Positions 53,570-64,000 of a DNA stretch of 64,000 bases are shown here, one piece after another. Location: positions 3,361,183-3,425,182 of the forward strand of contig NW_002060948.1 in NCBI RefSeq assembly GCF_000150275.1, read 5' to 3'. The DNA comes from Trichoplax adhaerens (Eukaryota > Animalia > Placozoa). A program made the position numbers and the translations under genes. Below the pieces are notes generated by a model that had not been told where the DNA came from, did not search any database, and worked only from the letters and a program-made list of their open reading frames with translations. The stretch's first letter is position 1. Every line of letters begins with the position of its first letter.

Positions 53570-56500
53570 TTATAATTCATCACGATCCCTTCGTGGGTCT
53601 TCGTAATCTTCGTCGGCTTCATCGTCGCCATTTTGGCCTCGATAGCCTTCCTCCTCTTCGTTCTCTGATTCGTCATATCCTCGAGGCCGTTCGCCTTCCT
53701 GGCCAATATCTTCTTCCGATTCCTCATCTATAAACTCGTCATAACCATTATCACCTCCATCTCTACCTTGGAGATAATCTTTATCCGTGACTTCTACCAT
53801 ATCGTCAACCCTATCAGTATCGAATAACTTGAGCAATTTTTCTAAGTTTTCTTTGAGTTCTTTTTTGGTGATAACACCATCATTATCACCATCTAGTACT
53901 GCCATGTTCTAATATTTAGTAAAATAATAACACGCCATGTTATTAAAGTAAATTTTGAAATACAGACTTTTTTCGCCAAGATGATGAATAACAGTAACTG
54001 TAAAATTATCGAAAGAGTGTGCGTCTTAATAAAAATACTACAGATTAAACTAACTTACCTTTTCACCGAACGGGACAGAACCTCTTACTTTCTATTAATA
54101 TAAATAATACGTACAACCGTTATGATTGTAAACAGAGTATAAACATTTGTATTAATCAGATTAAAGGTTTTTAGTGTATAAATCTAAATTGAGATAGAGC
54201 TCAATAGTACCAGATAATTTTTCATAAATAGTTCCTTGTCTAATCCTCCGGTTTTTTTATCGATTGATTTCTTAATTACTCCCCTAAACGAAAGTTAATA
54301 TTACTGATGAATTAAATGTAGTAAAGATTGAGAATAACATTACGAAATATTTACTTTATAAGCCTTCTATCCATATTATAGTATTCAAAATCTTCTCTAT
54401 TTGCAAAATCTGGATCAAGGAATGAGGTGAGGTAAGTCCAATTTTTGAATGATAGCTCCTTAACATCTTTTGACGTGATATAATCCTTGTTTTTAACATC
54501 AAAAAACTCTTCAAACTGGAAATAAGGAAAAAAGACATATCAACGATTAGATCTACACTTGATATAGTGCCTTCTTTTAGCTAATGCTAGTCCATCAGAT
54601 TCCCGTATTAAAATAAAATTTTCATATCTATTTTCTGGATCATGGACTTAAAACAGATAAATAAATTATTTATTACTGCTACAACATTTGTTTAATCCTT
54701 ACAGCTCTTATTTGGATTTTCATACGTCCTGGATTATCTTCCATGATTAGTCCACGCTGATATTTTAAAATTAACAGAAGAATATAAAATTACATGATTG
54801 TATTAGCAGTATTCAGTTAGGAGAAGAAAACATGCCGATTACAAATTGCTATTAATAGATGTTGGGTCTTACTTTTCTAATGTGTTTAATAAAGTTTTTA
54901 GCTTTAACTTTCTTATCTCCTCGAAACGTCCGGATAAATCCATCCCTAACATAGAATAAAGAATCCGATTTTTACTTTGGAAAACAAAACTTTGTCTCTT
55001 ACTTTCAACATTTCATGTACCGTTTTCAGATTCACTTTAAGCACAGTACTAATTATAAGGTGAAGATTTATTGCTCTACAATTTGTAATACAGAAGATTT
55101 CACTAGCCTACCTGATACCCCAAGGACTTGGATTGCCCATGGTCATGGAACCAAAGCCAGGATAATTCCATACGATTTTGGAAGCATCCAATATTTTATA
55201 GTCACGATTTCCATTACATCCAGTATTGTCAAATTTGGGCAAATAAATAAGATTGTAGTCGAGTAACAATGAGTACGCTAAATTTTTCGGTCCAGTTGAA
55301 CGAACTTGATGTAAGTAACCTATCATAAATTATCATTTAAATGATAGTAGAATAGGCAATAATAAGTCATGATAGTCGCCGACGAGATGAGATAATTTCA
55401 ATTGACTAGGATTGAGACTGACAACGTGAAGTATAACAACTAATGGAAAAACTACTACAAATGCTATAAAAAATTAAGGTAAACACTTATGGACGCTACT
55501 ATGCCTTTAGCGATAGTTTAGCTTAATGTGGAACAGATCAATTATAAAAAAGACTTGTCTTTCTGTCTATTTGCTAATTAGCTAGCAGATAGAAAAGCGT
55601 GTAGATACCTGTTGGAATATACAAGCAGTCGCCTGGTGTAACATTTGCATACTGCCATGGTACTTTAGCAAAGTTTGGGTAACGTTCCATATTTACTTTA
55701 TCGACGTTTAACATGGAGAAACCTCCAATTTCAGATTCAGGTTCTTTAGCCATAGGTACATTTTTGATGTGTTTATCACTGATCATGATCCAATCCTTAG
55801 TGCCATTAACGAGGCAATTTAAGGTGTTTACTAGAAAACGTAACCATAGTATAGCTTTAAAATGGATTGTACTATAATAGAAGTAACACCAACTCGTTTA
55901 TGCCTGAAAATTGATGAGAATCTAAAAATGATACCAATCTCAGTGAAACTGTACAATAATATTGAACTGAATGTAGTCAAATTGATATTAGAAAGAATGT
56001 CTAAGTTCCTTGGTAATGCTATATATATATACGGATAGCTGACTGCAATGGCATAAAAAGTTCAATCGTTCTATGAAATATCGTGCTGTACAGTACTTGA
56101 AAGTTGAAGGTAATAAAGGAAGTATACAAGCTTTAAAATGCTAAATAACATCTGCTATCGATTAAAGATTAAGGACAGTTCTATAAAATGACTACCATTT
56201 GATAGATTTACCACTCAATGGGAAGAAATCGAAAAAAAGATATAGCATAATGAATTGAAAAAGTCAAGGGAAAGCTAGCGATAGTTGTTATAGCTAGACT
56301 TACAAGCATCTTTGTGCAATAAGCTACTTGTACCACCATTGCTAACCCATAAATTGGCTTCCATAATTCGATTAGTAAATGAACCGCAAGTTAGATATGG
56401 CGGAACCATAACATCTTTGGCCATGGGATCGGGCAACTGAGAAACGACATAGACATCTCGGGCTTTATACGTATTTAGAAAGTGCCTGATAGAGTCACGT

Positions 56501-56862
56501 CCTAGCCCAACATCACCAACAGGTACGACTTTTTTTTCCAATTTCGATTCTAACTTGACCTGTAAATCGCCAAAATTTTCCAATAAATATTCATCAGTCC
56601 ATTTGGCAATGGCAGGAGATAGTTTAGCAGCACCACGAAAGAGCGCTGGCCTTTTCGCTTTAACATATTTATTAAAAAAATCAGTCGCAGATGGAAGTTC
56701 ATTAGCTTCATAAGTATCAACATGGCCATCGCTATCACGATGATAGCCTAAAGGCTGCATATGACCACGAATAGTTTTCTTCCCATGACAAGGAACTGGA
56801 CTAATGATTGCCAAGGCGGCAATCCAAGCACCAACTATTAAAAATCTATAGCTTATCGACAT
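53570..56862 (-). CDS. ER-lumenal JmjC (cupin-8-type) 2OG hydroxylase with EF-hand(s) and C-terminal RDEL, ~573 aa, 9 exons
   Basis: Signal peptide MSISYRFLIVGAWIAALAIISPVPCHG. JmjC elements: FFNKYVKAKRPALFRG..KWTDEYL, NLWVSNGGTSSLLHKD(A|L)NTLNCLVNGTKDW, VTPGDCLYIPTG|YLHQVRS. Canonical EF loop DGDNDGVITKKE and EF-like DVKNKDYITSKD; acidic tail ending RRDRDEL*. All splice phases are compatible. Confidence 0.9.
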
Positions 56863-58885
56863 TATGTTGATTCTATTCAATATCCGTCGCCAATCTCTCA
56901 CTCTTTATTTTTCTTTTAATCTCTGACTCACTAAGTAGTAAGTAAAGATTAAAAAAATGACTCTAGTAGAATCCTACCGATAGCTATACACTAACTCCCT
57001 ATGACAATAGTTGAATTTTAGTCCAATAAAAAATAAACAGGTATAACGCACAATAATAGCCAGATTAATCATTTTTGCAGCCCATCTCTACCACCTATTG
57101 AATGAATTTGATGCCTTTGTTATTTTTCGACCTTTGTTGCCAAATTTATTAATTGAATAATAGAAATGCAAATCAATTTGAATTCAATTAAGGAACAAGC
57201 CATCGAACGTATTTGGTTTATATTTGTCTATCTAAAATAGATATAGGCGGTATCCTACATCAATATGAAATATGATTTATAGACATTGTCGCAATTTAGA
57301 ATTGAGCCATACTATTCTTATTCATGGCTTTTCGTTACCTAGGGGCGTGATTGATTAATAGACGCGTAAGAATTAATCTTTACGTATATGAGGTTCATTA
57401 AATTCTGTCAGCGTTTTCAATGAGTGGTAGGATTGTCCCTTCTATACTCGATTGATATCGGTTGGATTCTAAGGATACTATGGAAATGATAGACGGAGGC
57501 TATCGTCGTTCTTTCTTATTTAACATAGAAATAAATGAATGGAATGATACTATTATTATAGCTTGCTCAATACGTAAGAAATCAATTTTTTCTATATCCA
57601 TTTGAGTTTGGTTGCTTCAATTCTCGAACAGTTTCGATGAGAGGCGAGCTGCTTCATTCAGTTATATTGGTGGTTTCCACGAGTGATCGGATTGCCCCCT
57701 TCTAGACTTGATTGATTAAATAATTATTACTGTATCGGTTAAAGTTTATTATTTTACTATAGAAATGAGAGTCACAGGCTATTACTCCTCTACTTCATTC
57801 CAATTTTAACACACAAGTTCATAAATAAAACAACGCCATTAACAGGTTGCAGTTGAACGTCAACATCGAAAATTTCTTAAGTTTCCGTCTATGTTGATTT
57901 AATCAAGCAGACGACATTTCTTGTTTGAATACGACTGTTGTGAACTATCATAACTTAATTAATAGTAATGTAAATAGACTGTCGCGATCAATAATTGCTT
58001 TGAAGAGTTTAATAAGTAACGTATTACATCTTTGCCAATAAACAAAGTTTTAGACGTGTATTAATGTCTTGTCGTTATTAACTAATGGGAGTGACTATAA
58101 ACCGTAAATTAATTTGTGATAGCGAAAAATAATTTTAGTACACAGTTTCGATACTGTAATTATTCGTTTCGTTGTGTATTTTTTCATCAGTTCCGCTTCC
58201 GTGGATACCTTCGAAAGAATATTAACCGATACTATAGTAGAGCTTAAAAGTTTCTGTCCTTCCTATTTTTTTAGATCAAATAGGTAGTTATATCCTTAAT
58301 AATCCTGATCGATAAAATAAGATAAAATTTGAGCGAAATTGATTTCATCACTTCCTGAATTATTTCTCGGTGGTTGGATCTGTGACAGATCGAATTGTAA
58401 ACGCTTGCCCGTATTTTTTAGATGAGTTAAGTCGATAACTCTAAGATATGCTATCAGGATTAATTTACTTTCGATAAATAATATGGTGGCATTGAGATTA
58501 TGTTAACACGCAAAAACTTTTGTGGTAGAAACAACTGAACGAGGATACCGAATAGTTCAGTTCATATTAGATGTGAATTTAAGGAGAGAGACTAGATCTG
58601 ACCAATAATAGATTAAAATAAATTTGTTTTGGAATCAGCTATCGGTATGGTGGAAATATACATTCATAATTTCAGCTTTGTAGATTTCATTCAATGAATA
58701 ACCTTTTATTATCTTCCTTATTTGATTTCTAGATGTACACAAGTAAAACAGATCTTATAACGTACGGTAGTTGGTAATGTATTACTCTATTTATGAAATT
58801 TTAAAGATATCAGAGTTATCTTAGGCAAACCATTGGCGACTACAGGATTAACGTTTGCTAACGTTAAACTATCCACTAACATTCG

Positions 58886-60910
58886 CTATAGATATTTACT
58901 TAAAGTTCCTGATAGTTTTTGTAATAAGTTATTTATTTGACGCTCAAAATCATTTTGGATTTTAGCCATGGCTTTGTCATTGGATCTAACTCTATCTATG
59001 CTGTCGATTAGTTCTTGACGTTTCTTGGCAGCTACTTTATTGGACGTTTTTTCTATTTCTTTATGAGGATTGCGATATTGTTCCAATTCGCGTTCTAGAA
59101 TAGTTTAGAAAAATGCTTTACTATTTTTTCAACATGATTGCAAGCTAAACATCTTCATATAAGTAAAATGGGTTGAATAATGAATTTATTAAATAAAAGT
59201 TAGATTGAAATAAAGGATAACCCTTAGTTTAAATTTACCATATTCTGGATCTTGCATGGGTTGATTTTCAAAATTTTCATTATCATCTTCAGACCAGTCC
59301 TGATTGCCCTTTACATTTCGTCGACTGGGCTCATCATCTTCTTCTTCTTCTTTCTCTTTCGACTTTGAAGCAGAAGCAGAACCGACAATAGATCGAAATG
59401 CGATTCTCTCAGTTCTTTCTTCACCCATTTTATAACCAATCTTGATTGCACTGCTAACTTGTTCAACATTTGCAGCATAGGTAGAAAAGTCTTCTGTTAC
59501 TCGATTTACTCTTGCTTGAGCTTCATCTTCTGCCATCTTAACAGCAAACGAGTATCGTATGCCATTATAGCCATTCGCTGGTGGTCTAGCTGAGTGATAA
59601 ATCATCCCCTGAAATATAACACTTCGGCCATAGCGAGGTCTTACTTCAGTAATATATTCATTATCATTGCCTTTTCGTTCAAAGAAAGCGGTTTCTCCAC
59701 CTGATTGTGCTGTCCAATTAGGATTTAGATAGGTTACCATCGTCCATTGATCAGCGACTTGAGCGCAATCATCATGCAAGCGAGTTTTATCGCTAGTTTG
59801 GACTAAATTGCAGGAAACATCATAGGGAAAATAGGTAGTGCGATTGCCAACATGCTTCGCTACTTGTTGATGGATATCCCATAGATGACTATCGATAAAA
59901 TCTTGTAATGAGAATGTTGCCACCCAAGAAACGCCATCACTGCCTTCATCAAATCGATCAGTAAAGACGTAGCGTTTATACTTTACAATTTTTCGTAATT
60001 TTTCTAAGTCGTTTTCGTTGAATAAATTATCTAAAACAAAGATCTTTCTACCATGAGGTCCAACATAGCGTTTAGTAATATACTTTTCTACATCGATGAC
60101 ATTAGAAGTTGAGGTAGTTAACTTGCTCAATGTAGTTTTGCGGCCAACAATTCTATTTTGTGATCTCAATTTCCAATGTTGAACAGCATTCTTGACTTTT
60201 TTAACTGATTTAGTCAGCTTAATTTGTAACGTTTTCATAGCTACGCCATTATCGATCGCTGGAGGTTTATAGAGATGTTCAATGGAAGAATCAAACATGA
60301 TCATTCTATGCATGAGTGGATGGACAGCACCAACAATTTCTTTATTATCATCATAAAATAAAATATCGCCATAATCATTTTTTTTCCAACTGCCAATTAG
60401 ATAGAGTATGGCACTGACATCACCTTCACTATCGGGGGCATCAATAGTACTCTTAGGGATATCGATTCTTCGAATTAATTTAGCAGTCGCATCATAGATG
60501 TGATAGCCATCGCCATCTTGCTGTTCTTTAAAATGGTTGACAGCTCGGATAATTTTTTTCCCGAAACGTGTCTTTTCGATAAATTCTGGATTTAGAAAAG
60601 TTTTCCACATGATATGATCTGGGCTTTCTTCACCAAAATGGCTACCATTACTGTAATCTTCTAACGAATGTTCCCATTGACCATAAATAGACAAATAATT
60701 TCTAATGAGAAAAACACTTGATGAAAGTAGAAAATTATTGTAAACAGAAATTTTTCGATGATCACTTGTGTAGAACGATTTGATTCGATTTTGATCGAAA
60801 TTATCATCATTTAGGGCATTTTTCTTTGATTGAGTTGATTGTTTAGCCCAGCATACAGCCAGAATAAGGCAGGTAACCCATAGGATTAGGTTTGAACATG
60901 AATTAGCCAT
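58886..60910 (-). CDS. Secretory tandem-domain Fe(II)/2OG dioxygenase, paralogue 2, ~626 aa, 2 exons (59239-60910, 58886-59094)
   Basis: Signal peptide MANSCSNLILWVTCLILAVCWA. C-domain LHDD..WTMVTYLNPNW..GGET..PRYGRSVIFQGMIYHSARPP..RYSFAVK. Collinear with paralogue 1, including the single phase-1 intron after the acidic tract; ends TLSKYL*. Confidence 0.88.
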
Positions 60911-61968
60911 TTTGTAGCAATTCTGAACGATTGAAAGAGAAGGAATGTTAATCGTCAGATAAATATCACTTTTACTACTCCAATCAAGAATCTACAGATG
61001 TTGCGTAAGATCGAAGAGCCTAAAGTAAATGTATATATATAATCATCAACTACTCTTGTGATTAAGGAATCAGGTAGAGTTAGTCATTTACACTTTGGAA
61101 TTACTACTAGGAAACTACTACTCTAGTTTCCAGCCAGAGAATTCTTCTTTTAGTTTTCTATCACACAGGCTAACTGGATCACCGATGCTGCTTTAGTTTT
61201 ATTCCAAATAATATATTAACACACAATTGCTGTTACACCTTCAACAACTGTAAATAACAGTTGATTAACAAGCTATGGTAAGAATACATAGTCGCGATCA
61301 TAATTCATGTAGGTAGAAGCTTTCATTCTTATTCATTTTGTAATAGATTATATTTTATAGCTTTACATCATATACAATATAATCTTTTCACAATGAAAAC
61401 AGAATGAGAACTATAGATCTAATTCAATCAGCATTAAGAATTCCATGACGCTGATTAGCAGCAAATAAAAGGAAAGCATTCATTATTATTCAATATTCTG
61501 TTTATGATTTATTGAAATGCTAATATTACCAACTTGGTCGGTATGGTTTAAGCTTGTAAAATAGTCATCTTGTTAATTGAGTTAAAATCAGTTATACCGT
61601 AGAATTGAAACGAATCAATAAAAAAAAGTATTACTATATACATATATCGTTATTGTAGTGTATTTGGATTGTACTGTAACTGTAATCTACTCTTAAATAT
61701 AAATATTTTGTATTGTTATTAAATACAGACACATTTACAGTCTGTTCGCTCTACATTCAAATATGGCTTACTACATTTAGTTATTACAGTCCTCGCTATC
61801 TTCTACAATCATCTGCTATTCTATAACCTGTTATGGTATATGTTGTATCTAATTCTACAATCATGTTCTCTGCATGTATTCTAATGCCATAGCTATAAAT
61901 ACCGATAAAGATATTGGTTGGCTATCGCAAGTAGCGCAGTAGCTACCTAAAAATTATACTATAATCGC

Positions 61969-64000
61969 CTATAAGATTTTAGCAATAGTCTTGCTATGGT
62001 TTATGTGCATATGATTCTTGCGCTTTTCAACTTCCATTTGTAATTTGGCCATAACTTTTACGTCATTTCTAGCTGTATCAATAGCTTTAATCTAGTGCTT
62101 ACGTTCTTTTCACCTTCTTTATTATTCACAGGTGACAATTCACGATGGGCATTTTAGAAGCTCTGAAGTAGCCTTTCATTTCCCGCTAATTTATGAGATA
62201 TTAACATAAATCGATTAACCGCATTGAAAAGTTTTACCGTAATTTGGCACGGAGATTAACTACAGCTAAAATATAAAAGAGCTTTGATTCTCTACTAATT
62301 ATTCGGATTATTAGTACGCATCAATTAGCTATATTGAAAATTTTTTATCATAATTAGATATCCAGTTAAACTACTATTCATCCTATAGTATATGATACTA
62401 AAGTAGAATAGTTATAATGTTATCCTTCCAGTACAATATTAATAAAATTTATTGACACTGCCTCTTTTCTCCTCTTGTATTGCTTTCATATATTCTTTAC
62501 TTAGCTCTTCATGATTCTCTTCTTGTCCTTGATCTTCTTGATTTTCTTGATTTTCTTGATTTTCTTGATTACTTATTTTCATCATCCTTCTCCTCTCCTG
62601 CATCTTCGCCCAATATCATAGATTGAATCATCTTCTCAGATCTTTTGTTGCCGATCCCATTTATTGCCTCTGTTAGTGATTTTCTTCCATCAAATTTCAA
62701 TGCGTAGTTCATAAAATCTTCTGTTAGTCGATTTAGTCTAGCTTGTGCACAAGTTCATCTTCTGCCATCTTAACCGAAAAGGTATATCTTATACCATCGA
62801 AATCATTGGAAGGTGGCCTTACCGAATGAAATACTGTACCTTGGGAAAGAGCACTCTGCCCATAACGTGATCGTACCTCTGTAATATAGTTATTATCATC
62901 ATCAGCACTCTCAAAGTACGCAGTTTCTTCACCCTTTTGTGCAATCCAATTGGGATTTAAATAAGTTACCATCGTCCATTGATCAGTAATCGATAAATAA
63001 TCGCTATGCAATCGTCTATTAACGTTATTTCGAATCATATTACTTGAGACATCATAAGGGAAATAAATATCACGACTACCGACATGATTAACCACCTGCT
63101 GATGAATTTTCCATAAATTGCTATTTGCAAAATCTTGTACAGAGAAAATAGCCATCCATGATACACCGTCACTGCCGTCGTCATGAATATATGTGTAGAA
63201 ATATTCCTTGTATTTCACAAGTTTACGTAATCCTTCCAGTTCTTCAGGAGTAAATAAGTTGTCTAATACATAGATTTTTTTACCATTTTCGCTAACATAT
63301 CGTCGTGTAATATATTTCTCTACATCAATTACTCGATTTGCCGATACAGACGCGATATCATTTAACTTTGTGTTACGAATATTTCTTCGATGTTCAAATT
63401 TTTTCTTATAATATTCGATACCGTTTCGTAACTTTTCACTTGATTTAGTTAATTTAATATGGATTGTTTTGAGAGGATCGTAACGATCTATTGCTGGAGG
63501 CTTATAAAGATGCTCGATTGACGAATCGAACATAACCATTCTAAAGGCAAGAGGATGGACAGCACTGACAATTTCGTTATTATCATCATAGAATACAATA
63601 TCGCCGTAATCATTCTTTTTCCATTTGCCTGTTAAATAGAAGATAGCACTAACATCGTCGTCACGAGATGGAGTATCAGTAGATTTCTTGGGAATTTCAG
63701 ATCTTATAACTAATTTAGCAGCGGCCTGATAAATATGATAGTCGTTACCTTGTTTATCGCCTTAAAATGTTTTACAGCTCTAATAAGTTTTTGACCGATC
63801 TTTGATTTTTCCATAAACTGAGGATCGAGAAATGTTTTCCATAAAATATGATCAGGGCTTTCTTCTTTATAATCGCTACCATTATTATAGTTGTTAAGTG
63901 TCATTTCCCACTGTCCAAGACTGGATAAATATCGTCGGAACAGATAGATACTGAAAGGTTGTGTAAAGTTATTATATATCGAAATTTTTCGATTATCGGA
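61969..64000 (-). pseudogene. Pseudogene of the tandem 2OG dioxygenase family (paralogue 3); 5' end lies beyond the window
   Basis: Homologous to paralogue 2 from SDNRKISIYNNF to a last-exon remnant (IKAIDTARNDVKVMAKLQ..TIAKIL*, TAG 61969-61971). Frameshifts occur at ~63761, ~62750 and ~62575, with further lesions in the last exon, plus substitutions GGET>GEET and PRYGR>SRYGQ. Confidence 0.85.

Noticed and set aside
48187-60910. Halogenase or collagen P4HA/P3H/PLOD identity for the tandem oxygenases
   Set aside because: The HxD carboxylate is retained (halogenases have HxA/G), and there is no TPR, leprecan or glycosyltransferase domain.
63755-63770. Programmed -1 frameshift or stop read-through rescuing oxygenase paralogue 3
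   Set aside because: Several independent frameshifts and damaging substitutions make pseudogenisation (or assembly error) more parsimonious.

Overview
AT-rich eukaryotic (animal) genomic DNA with compact genes and many short GT-AG introns. The gene set and architecture suggest an early-branching metazoan such as a placozoan (Trichoplax-like); this is inference, not verified. All exon structures below were assembled by hand. From left to right: a GOLIM4-like Golgi membrane gene (+), YEATS4/GAS41 (-), a ~13 kb gene-poor stretch of diverged 190-330 bp tandem duplications with probable relics of two LRR(-GPCR) genes, an intronless orphan class A GPCR (+), NDUFB9 (-) head-to-head with EXOSC10/RRP6 (+) across a ~90 bp minisatellite, and an SLC9B/NHA Na+/H+ antiporter (-) with a poly-His tail and PDZ-binding end. 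The most notable region is 48-64 kb: a co-oriented cluster of secretory-pathway Fe(II)/2-oxoglutarate dioxygenase genes from two unrelated subfamilies. It has two intact genes and one pseudogene for signal-peptide, tandem-domain P4H-like enzymes (degenerate N-domain plus intact HxD..H..RxS C-domain). Between the two intact genes lies a signal-peptide JmjC + EF-hand + RDEL protein. All have acidic tails, and the JmjC tail shares a short EEGYxGQxG motif with the tail of the first oxygenase.
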